DNA of 64,000 nt from Octopus vulgaris (lineage: Eukaryota), in the NCBI GenBank assembly GCA_951406725.2, contig OX597835.1, positions 50,158,001 through 50,222,000 of the forward strand. The letters run 5' to 3'. A program made the translations under genes and the position numbers. Below are positions 37,634 through 51,749 of the stretch, one piece after another (the stretch's first letter is position 1; every line of letters starts with the position of its first letter). Under the pieces are notes generated by a model. The model saw only the letters and a program-made list of their open reading frames with translations. It was not told the origin of the DNA and ran no database searches.

Positions 37634-37932
37634 AATCTGCATTGCCATTATTGACAGACGAAATAACTGAAATTCTAAGTGAGTGTTTAGATGTTGAGAA
37701 AAACCCAGAGTTTCGACTGAAGATGATGACCCTACTGTCTTGTGCGATCATTGAGCATAAACCAAGTACAGAGGTGCCTCACCCATTCAGTAGTAATGCA
37801 CTTCAGATGGTTCAGAAGATGATTGTACCAAACCTTATCTGGAAAGCAGGGAGGATTGCGGCAGCTATTAGGACTTCTGCCACCTCTGCAGTCTGGGCCC
37901 TGCTGCAGAGCAAAGCTGTATCCAATGAAGAG
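37634..37932 (+). CDS. DNAAF5: DNAAF5 exon 8
   Basis: PEFRLK...PNLIWKAGRIAAAIRT; cag/gtaatt. Confidence 0.93.
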
Positions 37933-38839
37933 GTAATTCAGATTTCTTGGAACACCCCCGCCACCTCTCTCTCTCTCTCATCACTGAATGCTTTAATTTA
38001 TTTTTGTGTTGTTGTTGTTTAGTCCCAGGGGTCAGTGCTGACGAGGGTTACAAAAGATTCATTTTCTGCATCTGTCAAATGGGATGAGAATGAAAGCCAT
38101 GAAGGGTTCCAGGCACTGAAATTGCTGAGGGTAGGGCAAGGGAGGGTTAGGGTACAGAAAGAGGTATTCTGGTTTGAAGTGATGGTAGTAGATGAACGAG
38201 TTTAGGGATCATAAAGGGAGCAGCTGTATTTGAAGGAGTGGTGGTGGGGGGAAGGGGTAGGAAGATTGAGCAGCCATGACTGCTCGTCTGGTCTTCGTAT
38301 CCAGGTGGGAGATGTGACTGGCAGGAGAGAGTGGAATCTACATGTGTGTAGAGACCACCTTACTGAGTGTAGTTGTCTGAACGGATTAGACAGATTTAGA
38401 TAAGGCTTAAGAGCTGATGTGTTGGGGTTCCACATTGGATTGGGGTCCATAGATATTAGAGAGGCAGAAGGATTGTCCAGTGGGTTTAGTTTTAGGTTTT
38501 GGCTACTGGGGAAGTGTAGATGCTGTTGGTGTTCTGTGAAGTGGCATTAACCTTTTGGTGATCTGGTTTGAATGATTGTGACTGAGTGAAATCTGTTAAA
38601 GACATCCATGGGCCAAGAAGTTATGCTAAACTGCACAGAGTAACATGCCTGCTTCTTGCCTCTAAATTCCACTTGCAAGGCATTGATTAACAAGGCTACA
38701 ATAAAAGATGTTTAGATGGTCATGGTAGGGTTGTCTTTGACTACAGTTTTGCACAATCAGGGTTGGTTTAGGGTTAAACAACAACATATGTAGAAGAATA
38801 AGAATCTCATGAAATCTTCAACCTGTTCTTTGTTTCCAG

Positions 38840-39194
38840 CTGATATCGGTGTCCTCGGAGCTGTTGCCCCAGATTCTGTCTTCAATGGAGGACGATAACA
38901 GAAGCACCCGTTTGATCAGTTGTCGAGTGCTGACACGGCTGTTGGAGACCATGGCTGCCTGTCAGCAGATCGACTACGACACGTTGCACAAGATCTACCC
39001 TCATCTTCTCAAGCGTCTGGATGATGCCTCTGACGACATTCGGGTTGTTGTGGCCACAACCTTCCTGGCTTACTTTGATGCCTTCTCTGATGACTACGAC
39101 ACGGATTTCTATAAAGCCCATTTGGAAGTGATGTACCAAGGCCTGCTACTGCATCTTGACGACTCAGAGAAATCTATACAGGACGCCATATTAA
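38840..39194 (+). CDS. DNAAF5: DNAAF5 exon 9
   Basis: TRLISCR...IYPHLLKRLDDASDDIR...LLLHLDD; cag/gtaagt. Confidence 0.95.
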
Positions 39195-41319
39195 GTAAGT
39201 TTATTCTGTCGTGAGTTTTGTAAGAAGGTCAAAAGTCCATGGTGGGAAGTATTCCCATGTGTGGAAGATGGAGGTAAGCCTTTATTTAAAGCAACAGAGA
39301 AGGGAAAAGGTAGGGATAAGCTTTTAGTTAAAGTGATGCAGAAGGGAGAGGGCAGAGGTAAGACTTATAATTAAGGTAGTACAGGAGGGAAGCACAAATA
39401 AAAATGTCTTTTCAGTGTCCATTTCAAGCCAGTTGATGAAATGGCAGAGTTATTACACCCTGTGGTACAAGATGCCTTGTGACACTTGTTCCGGTTCTCT
39501 GCACACCAACTTTTCATCCTTTCCTGGGTCTGTGCCATAAAATACCAGCTCCTCGAGGTTGGCAGTGAATTGGCAGAATTGTTAAACTATCAAGTTCTGT
39601 GATACCCTACACTTTCTCTGTTGCATGGTTTAGCACCCCCACCTGGTCCTTGGGCCCTTGGTAGTCTTTGACACAGGACTCTGTTGAGGGTGACTTTCAT
39701 GTGAAGGCTTTTGCTTTGGCAGTAACTTTCTCTCTTCCCTCACAAGTCTCGAAGGCCATTTTCTTTGCTGCATTCTTGTCATTAACGATCTTCTGTCTTT
39801 TGTACTTGTTTCAATCTTTAGACTGTGGCCTTGCTGGAGCAGCACTGCCTTGAAAATTTTTTGGTTGAATGAATCAACCCCAGTACTTATATTTTGTTAA
39901 GTCTGGTACTTATTCTATCAGTCTCTTTTGCCAAACCACTAAGTTATGAAGACATAAATATACCAACACCAGTTTTAAGTGGTACTGGGAGACAAAGACA
40001 CAAAGGCTCACACACACATATATGTTCAACCCATGCCAACAGGGAAAACGGACATTAACAATAATGATGATGATATATATATATATCATCGTCATCCTTG
40101 GCGTCATCGTTTAATGTCCGCTTTCCATGCTGGTATGGGTTGGATGGTTTGACTGAAGACTGGCGAGCCAGATGGCTGCACCAGGCTCCAACCTGATCTG
40201 GCAAAGTTTCTATGGCTGGATGCCTTTCCTAATGCCAACCACTCTGAGAGTGTATTGGGTGCTTTTACGTGTCACCAGTACGAGGGCCAGTCAGGTGGTA
40301 CTGGCATTGGCCATGCTCAAATGGTGCTTAAGTATATCTATGTATATATATGTATGTGTGTGTGTGTGTATATATTGTACACATACACACACACGCGCAC
40401 CCACAGACCTCCGCGCACGCACACATCCACACACATTCCCCCCCCCCCCTCACATTCCCCCCCCTCACTTTCCTTGTCTTTAAAAAACATTATTCTTCCA
40501 CCTTTCTACTTCCGGTCTTTCAATATGTGACCTCGTGAGTACCACTGCCAATTTTTTTTTCCTCTGTCTTCCCTTCTCGGGATCTTTCCTTCTCCTATGT
40601 TTCCGACGAAGAGCTCCGCTCGAAACGTTAAACCCTCCTTCTTTCCTGAGCGTCCAATAATACTTTATTTGTTCCACGTCCTCGCATTGTTTTGTTTGGA
40701 TTAACTATATATATAGAGTTAATCTTCTCTCCCCCTTTACATTGTCTGTCTTTCTCTTCTACATTATCTGTCTTCCTATTTCCTTCCTATCTCTTTCCAT
40801 CGTTAGGCCTTTAAAAGCTAGCCCCTCAAATATACGGTCTCATTCCCGATTTCGAATTCCTCTGCCAAGTTTTCAGTTCGAAAATGAAATGATTTCAAGA
40901 TAAGAAACCTTTTTAACTCAATTCAGCCCCTATTCTTCTCACCAGTCATATTTCCATGCAATTTGTTGACCCCTAGTTTGTTGCTTTGTTTATAATCTTA
41001 CAGGTCACATGGCTGGATAATTTTTCACGCGGAGTGTGCCCGCCCTCCCACCCCCTCCACCGATACAGGAAGTCCTAAATTTTCTCATCCTTGTTGTCTC
41101 CCATGTACACTTCGCATCCCTGTTGTCTCCTATGCCCACTTCAAAGTCTTATGCCATCTGCTCCTCCTTCCATAAAAGGTAGTGGTCATTCATTGCAAGA
41201 TATGTTTGGTGTAACGTACGTGGTTTGGACTTGAGTCTTATTGTTTGTCTATGAATACTGCCAAATGCGAGTTTTCTTTTCAGGTTCATGATGCTACTAG
41301 GTCGATTGCCTCCCACTTC

Positions 41320-41653
41320 CTCAGGGTTGGCACCCTCAACGTTGGCACACTGAAAGGCAGATCTGGCGAGATCGTTGAATTGCTTGAACAGAGGTGTGTA
41401 GATATATGCTGTATTCAAGAGGTGAGGTGGAGAGAAGGTTCTGCTAGGTTCCTCACAGGTAAAGGATAGAGGTACAAGATTTTCTGGGCTGGGAATACTG
41501 AAGGGGTCGGGGGAGTGGGTATGCTTATTGCCGAAAAATGGGTAGATAAGGTAATCGAGGTAGTCAGAGTATGTGACAGAATACTGAAGATTAGATTAGT
41601 GCTCCATCATAGTTTAGCAACTATTATATCGGCCTATGCCCCTCAGCCAGGGT
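41320..41653 (+). mobile_element. RTE apurinic endonuclease N-terminal fragment
   Basis: LRVGTLNVGTLKGRSGEIVE...[10 protein letters not shown]...ISAYAPQ; homologous copy on the minus strand at ~56030-56470. Confidence 0.85.
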
Positions 41654-42096
41654 TTAACTTGGGATTTAGGTAGCATAATTTGACGAAACAGCAAATGTTG
41701 ATAATAAATAGTAAAATAGAATTGAAAAATCTTAGAGCTTTCAGTCAGCCAATCTCTGACAAAATTAGAGAGATAAGTAACTTGAATGAATGAATATGTT
41801 GCAGTTAAGGATATGCGTGAAGTAAAGTTATCTTAAGTCAACGAGGAAGACGGAACTAATGAAACTGTAATTACATGTTGACATGGTAACGAAATAGAAA
41901 GAATAATGAAAGGAACCAATCAGAGGTTTATGATCTACGCAGAAATAGATGAAGGAGGTTGAAAAGACAGAACTTATAATCTGAGCATCTTCTGAGATTT
42001 GTATCCTTTCGGCAGAGGAATTAAAATATATACACACATATAAGATAAGAATATAATCACAAAAATGACTGTATAGGTTACATTAATCTTTATATA

Positions 42097-42132
<36 letters not shown>

Positions 42133-42208
42133 ATGCACATAAACACACCATTTAATAATGCTGTCTATAATTTTACATTACTTTTGTTGTTGTTGTTTTG
42201 TTTTTCAG

Positions 42209-42327
42209 ATGTGTTGAAAAAAGCAGGTCATTTAAAGCCAGCCATGTTAGTCAGTGAAATAAACAAGGTGAAACACAAGCACCGAACGACCATCTTCTGT
42301 GACCAACTCCTCTCATTATTTACGTGA
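42209..42327 (+). CDS. DNAAF5: DNAAF5 exon 10 (last; VLKKAG...KHKHRTTIFCDQLL*)
   Basis: cag acceptor, TGA stop; the joined CDS is 2490 nt = 829 aa without internal stops. Confidence 0.93.
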
Positions 42328-43430
42328 ATGCTGTTGTTTCTGGGGGTTTTTTTTTATCATCCAAATCTCATATTTTTGTTGTTATTGTTTTTCATGTTTT
42401 ACAGTTTTAGTCTAAAAATAATTTGTAAAATTAAAGCAGAAAATGGAAACAAAAATTATAATGTTAATGGATTTTGTATTTTTCTTTTATGTTGGGATCA
42501 CATGGTTCACGTGTGTGTATGTATGTATGTGTGTATGTACGTGTGTATGTACGTGTGTATGTATGTGTGTATGTACGTGTGTATGTATGTGTGTGTGTGT
42601 ATATATATATATATAGTTAAAATTTACAGAAAAACAAAAGATGGAGACAGGTGTATAAACAACAAGCAGGTAATTTTAGTCTGACGATTGGGAAAGGGAG
42701 AAAGTCTTTTATGTTTCAAGCCTATGATCTTTAACAGAAAGGAGTAAAAGAAAATAAAGAGAGAGAGAATGGAAAAAACTTGAGGACTTAGCGATCAAGC
42801 ATGGCAACTGTATATGTGTATCTTTAACTTTTATTTGTTTCAGTCATTAGACTACAGCCATGCTGGAGCACTGCTTTGAAAAATTTTCGGTCAAACAAAT
42901 TGACCCCAGGACTTAATTTTCATTAAGCTTGGTACTTATTCTACCAGTCGCTTTTACTGAACTGCTAAGTTATGGGAACATAGGCATACTGACAGTAGTT
43001 GTCAAACAGTGGTGGGATACAAACACACACACACACATATATATATGATGGACTCTTTTAAGTTTCCATCTGCCAAGTCCACTCAAGAAGCTTTTGTTAG
43101 CATGAGTAGAAGACACTTGGCCAAGGTGTCATGCAGTGAGACTGAACCCAGAACCATGTGGTTGGAAAGCACCTATATCTATATATATTACTGTCAGCAT
43201 TTCAGGGGTGAAATTCTGGTTTACGCACCCCATATAACTCCTCGTAACTTTTCTATTTTCTAGAATTTTCAGAAAACTTTTGCAAATTTGTCTTCTACAC
43301 AGAGAATTCATAAGGTCATGCAAAAAAAATTTTGTATGTGATTTAAGGGCAAAGCTCACCAGTCTTCAGTCAAACTGTCCAACTCATGCCAGCATGGAAA
43401 GCGGACGTTAAACGATGATGATGATGATGA

Positions 43431-45245
43431 TTAGCAGGTGTTTACTGGCATCATATGAAATTTCTAAAATGATAGCAAAAGCTGAGACCCCATAATATTG
43501 GGGAAACTAATTTCCCAGCAGTATCTGACGGAATTTCATCAACGAAATTACTTGTAAGATTCCTTTAAGTAACTCATCAGAGTCGTGAAATAGCCAAAGA
43601 TGTAGAAAAGCAACTTGTAGCCAAATTGTAAAGAAATTTCCTCTTCAACCTGATGACCCTAAACTGAGAGATAGTAAAGCTATTTCATTGGCGTACGTTC
43701 GATTCTTGGATGGTAATGGATTCAGAGAGGAAATGCTTATTGCCAGACATCTTCAACAGACACCAAAGATGAAACAACTTGCTGAGAAGTTGAAACTTAT
43801 TTGGAAGAAAATGAAATTCCCCTCAAAAATATAATAGCTTGTGCTAATTGACAGTGCTCCACCCATGATTGGCAGGTACAAAGGTTTTATTGCATTTTAA
43901 AAAAAATACTGCTCCTGAAATATTTTGCATATGCTGCATGATACACCCGCAACACTTAAGTTTCAAAACAATTAAGCAGACGTCTGTATGATGTAATAAA
44001 AGTTCTTAACGATATTAAATCAAATTCTTTCATGAATTCTGTAATGAAAATGAAGAAAAGTTTAAATACCTTGTAATTGACACAAAAGTGAGATGTTATC
44101 AAAAGATGTCTGAGTTGTTTTGTTGCACTTTGGGACGCTTTTGTCTCATTTCTAGCAAACAACAATCTCAACCAACAGCTGTGTTATGTTTTATTTATCA
44201 AATATATTTGAGAAAATTAATTTAATAAACAGCTTCAAGGACAAAAATCTGATCTCATATTTTCCAAAGGAATTATTTCTGCTTTTCTAGGGAAAATACA
44301 GCTGTGGAAAATGAATGTTGTATGTCAGATTATAATTTGGATTAAAATAGCAGTAATCTGCAAGATGATGGCCTTGTAAGATGAACATTTGGGAAGCTTG
44401 GTTTAGCGACCTGCTGAAGTTAAATATACTGTGTTGGGGGACCCTTTTGAAGTTAATGTTGCTGATGCAGGTATCTGTTTGCAGAAGGATTTTATTGAAA
44501 TGCAGAGTGAGGAAATGTTTCAGGAAAGATTTGAAGACGGGGAACATAATAATGTATGGAAAAGTAATGACACTGCAACAAGGCATCCACGACTCTGGGA
44601 GAAAGCAGAATTGTACTTTCCTGCTTTTGCTTTAATCTTACCTTGTTGAATCTGGCCTAAGTTATTGTCAAAAGCTTGTAAGTTATTGTCAAAAGCTTGT
44701 AATTGGAGAAAGAAGTGATCTTTGATTATCACTGATAATGGTGGAGCCAAATATTGCAAAACTAGCAGAGCAGCATCAACTGCAAGGTTCTTCTATTAAA
44801 TATGTCCTTCTAAATTTATGACTCGTTTTACTTGTGAACATTGTATACACTTTATACACACTTTTAGGGAGGATATTACCTTTGTTAGCAACGAAGGGCT
44901 TCTCCTTTAGAGGGAAGCGAAATTGTATGATGCTTGCACATGAAGTGTAATGCTGCATGATAGAGACATGTGGGTCTTGAATGAAGAGGATTTGTGAAGA
45001 TAGGAGACCTGAGCACTGTATGCAATAATTTCATTATTATTATTTATTTTCCATAGAATTTAGTTAGGTGTTAAAGATTATCTACATTAAATTGGTTATA
45101 TGTCTGCAATACACAAAATATTTTTACAATTTTTAAAAATATAATTCCTAATGATATTTTTTAAACATTGACTGGTTATGGGGTCCACATGAATAAAATA
45201 GGAATCAAAGGGATCCACAAGTAAAACAATAGTTGAGAACCCCTA
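43431..45245 (+). mobile_element. Decayed hAT (Charlie/Buster-like) transposon
   Basis: Fragments ASYEISKMIAK, IPLSN, LAYVRF, D(S)APPMIGRYKGF, CMIH; many stops/frameshifts; 3' end gttgagaacccct. Confidence 0.75.
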
Positions 45246-45753
45246 TTCTAAATGATTTCACATTAATTACTTTACTCAAACCTTTCTATCAATAGAAATT
45301 AAGATGTCTAATCTTTTTGTTACTAAATTTTCATTGCTTTTGCTTCAACTAATTTCGAAAGTAATGAAGAATTTAGAAAAACTATTTTGTCATTAAGTTG
45401 GTGTTTGGAACACAAATTAACATGAAAGTTTGATGGGAAGTTTTTAGATGACTTTAAAACAGAAATTTTGTATGACAGAACCAGAGGCAGAACCACGTGT
45501 TTAGTAGAAGCTGAGCATCATCCACAACAATATTGGGAGGGCCTGAAAAGTTCATCGAGTTCTCAGGCACAGCTCTCTCCCACCTCATCTGACTAATTGA
45601 TCCAAATAGATTCTCTGTTACCTTAAAAAGAGAAAAACTTAAAGAGAGTAAGGGAGACTACCCAGTATGAAAGATATTTTAAAACATGAAAAGGTTAGAA
45701 TAACTTAGGAAAAAACACTCAAAACAACTCCATAAAAATATAAAAAATAAAAT

Positions 45754-45815
45754 TTATTCACTTTTTGGTTTTGATTTCAATTTACTTCTGACTATAATAA
45801 CTGTCATAGTTAAAC
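45754..45815 (-). CDS. DPM2: Dolichol-phosphate mannosyltransferase subunit 2, last exon (GLTMTVIIVRSKLKSKPKSE*)
   Basis: Minus strand tttccag acceptor, phase 1, TAA stop; basic C-terminal tail. Confidence 0.85.
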
Positions 45816-47836
45816 CTGGAAAAGAGAAATGTAATAATTTAAAGATATACTTGTGTTGTTTAATATAAAGCTACAGAGATATGTCTCAAAATATCAATAG
45901 TTTTATGCTAAACCAGTGTTTACAGAACAGAACGTGAATGAAGCTATGCGATGATGATGCCTTTCTGAAGGCAGTTACAACCAACATAATTTTTTAAACA
46001 TATTTTATTTAGTTTATTGATCATGTTTTTTTTTTATGTATTTATTTATTTGGAATTACTTCACTAATGAGATTGAAATTTGTCTTGGAAAATGAGTACA
46101 AGGGATATAAGAGTGATTTTGTACTGGTTTGGAGGTACACCATGAATTATCAGCACCCATTCCACTCTGTACAGTGGATGGCCAGTGCTAGTGCCATGTA
46201 AAAAGCACCCAGTTCACTTTGTAAAAACCATCCGAAAGCAGACACTGGAACTTGGTGCAGTCCACTGGCTGGCCAGCTCCTGTCAAACTGTCCAACCCCT
46301 GCTAGCATGGAAGACAGACATTAAATGATGTTAATGTTGATGATGATGATGATGTGTGTGTGCGTGTATACACATACATACACACACTCACACACACACA
46401 TGCCTGTAGGACAACCTTTAAGCTGATGACCAGGTTGTTATAGCTGAAGCTAATTAGAATAGAAATTCCAGGTATGAGAACAAAAGTTAAAATAAAGGGT
46501 CCTCTGATTGAATTTAGCAAAGACTAAAATGTTAGAAAGTAGTCAAGGAGAAGGGACACTGCTTCCATCAGGGAAATGGCTTTGCTTAATCTGTAGAAAA
46601 GGAGTAGGTAGGAATTTTATACAGTGCACCAAGTGCAAACTATGTTTGCCAACAGAGACTTTACGTGCTGTAGGTACACAGAGGCAGTAACTAATTCAGT
46701 CCATGTATGAAATGTTGAGGCACATGATTTGGTGCTTTCTGCTTTGGACTCAGGATCATAAGACTGTGGCTTTGATTCCTGGACTGAGCTATGTGTTGGG
46801 TTCTTGAGTAAAACATTTCATTTCGCGCGGCTCCAGTCCACTCAGCTGGTAAAAATGAGCAACCATGGGACAGACTGGTGTCCCATCCAGGGAAGAGTTT
46901 ATACACCAGAGAAACCAGCCGGTGGAGTAATGTGGATGAAACCAGCCTGTTTGAAACAGACTTCTTCCAATGGCTTCTGTTATCTCCTTGATCGAATTTG
47001 CAGTGGGAAAGGGCATTCGGAAAGCAGAGTAGCAGTAAGAACTGGATGGGAAAACTTCAGGGAGGACATTACCTTTGTTAGAGGGAAGAGAAATTGTATG
47101 ATGCTTGCGCATGGAGTGTAATGCTGCATGATAGAGACATGTGGGTCTTGAATGAAGAGGATTTGTGAAGATAGGAGACAAATGGAGTATGCTATGGTGG
47201 ATGTGTAATACTAGTGTGTATGAAAGTTGGAGTACAGATGAGCTGAGAAATGAAATGAACATAGGAGGAGACAGGTATTGTGTGCAAGAGAGAAGACTGT
47301 GTTGCATTGAACATATGATGTGTATGGAAGTTTAAAGAAGTGCTGCACACTTAAAGTGAATGAAACCTGTAGAAGGACCCTTGGGATGAAGTGGTGAAGA
47401 GGGATCTGAAGTTATTACATCTAACAGAGGAGATGACTGCATTGATGAGTAATATACTGTGTGGGAGAAGACCTGCCCAGCTGGCCTGGCATGGTGAAGG
47501 GAACATTAACATTGTGCATGCATATTTGTATATAAATATAGGCATGTATCATTAGGTATATATATGTACATGTGTGTGTGTGTATACATGTATGTGTATA
47601 TATGTATACGTACACACACACAGACTGTGAAGTGTGTGTCTCTGACAATTTCTCAACCTTCCACCTTTCTAACACCCCTATTCCTATCACTTGTCCCTCT
47701 ATGATGTTTTGAGTAGTTTCAAATCTTGGGACCTTTTAAGTAGGCTTGACATGGGGCTCAACAATGATAACAGCAACAGAGAAGGGAAAGTGATTTTAAG
47801 TTTTAAAAATAGAAAAACAATTGGTAGAATACTGAC

Positions 47837-47939
47837 CAATGATCACAAGGGCTACGGACATCAACACCAATGGAAAGGCCACCGCATAAAACTGAGGAGG
47901 GAAGAAGGAATGCAGTTTCTGATTTGGTCCCAGAAAAGG
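47837..47939 (-). CDS. DPM2: DPM2 exon (PFLGPNQKLHSFFPPQFYAVAFPLVLMSVALVII)
   Basis: ttttcag / gtcagt, 103 nt; aligns to human [23 protein letters not shown]. Confidence 0.92.
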
Positions 47940-49224
47940 CTGAAAAAATAAATGGATTCATTACTAGGACAAATAACAAAACAATAAGCCAAATCCTCAC
48001 CCACCCCACACCCCAAAATAGGAAAACAGACATAATACTAATTTCAAATGATTTTCTACTAATTACCTAATTACACTGGCATCAGACACACCATCAAAGG
48101 GCCAGTACTTCCAGGTACCTGCTGTTAAGATTCAAGTGACAAAGCTCAGGTAGGGTCCACAATAGAGTTTCTTCTCTCACATCTGAGATGATGCACACAC
48201 AAAGATCCTAGATTGCATCTAGAATAGGGAGAAAGGGTTACTTACTCCAGCCTCTGGCCCCACAGGTGAACTGTCTCTTCTCTCTTCCATTTCAACAGGT
48301 GTTATAATGACCTTTGCTCTTTGGTCATGGTTGGGCTCATACCACCTCCACTCAGCTTCAGGTATTCCTCATGCATTTGTCCCTCCTCTTCTCATTACCC
48401 TTATGGTGTACCCCGTCCTTCCTTGGTGTTAACCATTGCACCCAGTGTCTCAGCCTCCTGAAATTCTTTCCCTGCATCTGTCTTTCCTACAGATGTTAAC
48501 TTACAAAGGTTCAGGAGGAACATTATTGGTATCAATCTCACCAATATTAGAGAGAGAGGGGACAGGGCCCATCACCTGCAAATGTGATGGACACTGCCTC
48601 GTTCTCCAGATCCAGCAAATAATAATAATAATGAAAAATGATTTGTTCAGGATTATCAACCATGGCCTGATGCACAACACTATCAGCCAATAAATAACTT
48701 TATTCTCCAACACATTTTTTATTCCATCGATTCCAATTCATCCTTGCCACAAGACTGAAAGCAGGTGGAATTGACTTCTGTGGAATAAAATACCATAAGC
48801 CAGTTTAGGTTCTGATTATCCAAAAAAAAGGATTTCAAGAAAAAGAACTAAACATTGTGTGTGTGTAGGTGCAGGCATGGCTGTGTGGTAAGAAGTTTGC
48901 TTCCCAACCACATGGTTCCAGGTTCAGTCCCATTGCATGGCACCTTGGTCAAGTGTCTTCTACAGCCTCAGGTTGACCAAAACCTCATTAGTGAATGTGG
49001 TAGATGGAAACTGAAAGAAGCCTGTTGTATGTGTGTCTTTGTCCCCAACCACAGCTTGACAACCAGTGTTGGTGTGTTTACATCCCTGTAACATAGCAGT
49101 TCAGGAAAGATAGACTAATACAATAAGTACCAAGATTAAAAATAAAAATAAGCATTAGGGTCATTCAACTAAAAATTCTTCAAGGCAGCATGGCTACAAT
49201 CTAATTATTGAAACAAGGAAAAAG

Positions 49225-49276
<52 letters not shown>

Positions 49277-49495
49277 TTGTGTCTGTGTTTGTCCCCCATC
49301 ACTGCTTGACAAATGGTATTGGTTTGATAATATCCCCATAACTTAGCAGTTTAGCAAAAGAGAACTGATAGAATATGTATCAGGCTTAAAAAAAATTAAA
49401 AGGTAAGTCCTGGGGTCAATTAAAAAAAAGTGGTGCCCCAGTATGGCCATAGTCTAATGACTGAAACAAGTAAAAGATAAAAGATGGTTACTTAC

Positions 49496-49585
49496 AAGAA
49501 TAATAACCCAAATGGAATAATAAATGAAAATTGTGGCTGCTAGAAACATCAGCCCCCATCCAAAGGTTTGGTCCAAGCTTGAGGC
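49496..49585 (-). CDS. DPM2: DPM2 exon (ASSLDQTFGWGLMFLAATIFIYYSIWVIIL)
   Basis: cacag / gtaagt, 90 nt; aligns to human [30 protein letters not shown]. Confidence 0.93.
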
Positions 49586-49769
49586 CTGTGGGATATTTAG
49601 AACAGAATAATAATTACACATCCAGTTTGTGTAAATTTGAGTGTGTGTGTGCATGTTTGTGTGTGTGTGTATGTTTGTATGTGTATGCTTGAGTGCACAT
49701 TAGGTGTGTAAAGAAAAACAGAAAAATGTAGCAATAACAATCAAATAAGATGTGATCATGCATACATAC

Positions 49770-49772
49770 CAT
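49770..49772 (-). CDS. DPM2: DPM2 start codon at the end of a 30-nt exon (49799-49770)
   Basis: Polypyrimidine + tttag acceptor, ...aagATG|gtatgt; an ATG-only first coding exon as in human DPM2. Confidence 0.85.
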
Positions 49773-50689
49773 CTTGTTTCAGAAGCCAATTCTTTGAGTC
49801 TAAAGATAGGAGAGAAAGAAGAAAAAAAAGGACATGAATGGAACAGAAGAAAAAGTAAAACGGAAAAACAAAAACAAAAAAAAAGATGATTTGAATTTGG
49901 TTTGAAAAAATATTGATTTCATATTTTGACACAAAGCCAGAAATTTTGAGAGAGGGGTCAGTCAATTACATTGACCCCAGTACTCAACTGGTACTTCTTT
50001 TATTGACCCTGCAAAAGGATGAAAGGCAAAGTTGACTGTAGCAGGATTTGAACTCAGAACATGGAAACAAACAAAATACTGCTAAGCATTTTGCCTGATG
50101 TACTAATGATTCTGCCAGCTCACTGCTGTAGTAGTAGTAGTAAATAAATAAATAAATAATCTTTTCTACTATAGGCACAAGGCCTGAAATTTTGGGGGAG
50201 GGGGAAAGTCAATCACATCGACTCCAAGTACTTGAGTAGTATTTAATTTATCGACCCCAAAAGGATGAAAGGCAAAGTTGACTGTAGCATAATTTGAACT
50301 CAGAACATAATGACGGACAAAATACTGCTAAACATTTTGTTCTGCGTACAAACGATTCTGATAGCTTGCAGCCTTACAACTTAAAAAAACATATTGAAAT
50401 GCATCAATTCTACAATACTTAAACACTCTGGGAAGAAGATAAAAGAAAGATGAAAGCACTGATGTCAAAAATGTTAGATTCATAATTATTACTTCAGAAA
50501 TATGTAAAGGAGTGCAAAATATCTTTTACTTGCTCCAGTCTCTGGATTGCAGCTATGCTGGGGTTCCCCCTTGAAGGGTTTAGTCAAATAATTGACTTTG
50601 ATTTATTATTAGTGTTGCTTAATATGTTTTGCTAAAATTGCTGTTTCTTTTCAGATATCATCAGAAAAAGGTAATTAAAATTCATTAAA

Positions 50690-51458
50690 ATGACAGATCT
50701 GTCAGACTTTCAAAGAGATCAAGTTGTTGGTGCAGGCACTAGCGTAACGAAAACAGCTAAACTCTGGAAGAAAACCAAGACTTTCAGACAGGGGCCGTCG
50801 GACTCTTACATGAATTGTTAGAAAGGATCACAAAAGTACAATTCCTAAGATTACTGCAGAGCTTAAAGACCACCTTGAGAACCCAGTTTCCACAAAAACT
50901 GTTCACCAGGAGATGCACAAAGCTGGATTTCACTGGAGGATTTCAATCAGAAAACCACTGCTTTCAAAAACAAACATTGCAAAGTGTTTGGAGTGGAGTA
51001 AAAACCTACAGAATTGGTCCCTAGAGCAGTGGAAGAATGGTATTTTCTCAGACGAGTCATCTTTTACCTTATTTTTGACCACTGGCTGAGTATACATGTG
51101 GAGACAGCCAAAAGAAGCATTTGACCCAGACTGACTTTTACCAACTGTTAAACACGGAGTATCTGTGATGATTGGGGGGGGGGGGGGGGCTATATCTTGG
51201 AAATCTGCTGGCCCAATGGTTTCCCTTCATGGCAGAATTAAAAGTCAAAACTAAGCATTTTATTTGACCAAATTCATCCTGTGGTTGCAGAACTGTTTCC
51301 AGAGGGAAATGCAATCATTCAGGATGATAATGCACCAATTCACACAGCTAAAGTTATTACTGAATGGCCCAAGGAACATTCTAGAACATCTTATCTGGCC
51401 ACCACAGTCCCCAGATCTCGATATTATTGAACATTTATGGTGCATTTTAGAAAAACAG
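50690..51458 (+). mobile_element. Decayed Tc1-family transposase
   Basis: MTDLSDFQRDQVVGA, FSDESSF, TVKHG, QDDNAPIH, WPPQSPDLDIIEHLW. Confidence 0.85.
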
Positions 51459-51708
51459 CCCTTTTCTCCAGATTTAGCACCTTTCATCTTTTCTTCAAGA
51501 TGAAACTACAGCTCAAAGGTTGCCATTTTAACACTGTTGTTAAGATCCAGAGCAAATTGCAGGGACTTCCAGGTCGGATTCCAAAAATGGTAGGAATGCT
51601 GGTGCCGGTGTATTGCTGCACAAGGTGACTATTTCAAAGGAGATGAAACTTGGGTAAATAAGTTATTTTTTATTAAACATAACTAGTCTGGGAACTTTTT
51701 GATACCTA
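51459..51708 (+). mobile_element. Mariner-family transposon 3' end
   Basis: PFSPDLAP, LFFKMKLQLKG, AQGDYF, then a TIR-like end gtctgggaactttttgat. Confidence 0.65.
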
Positions 51709-51712
51709 CATT

Positions 51713-51749
<37 letters not shown>

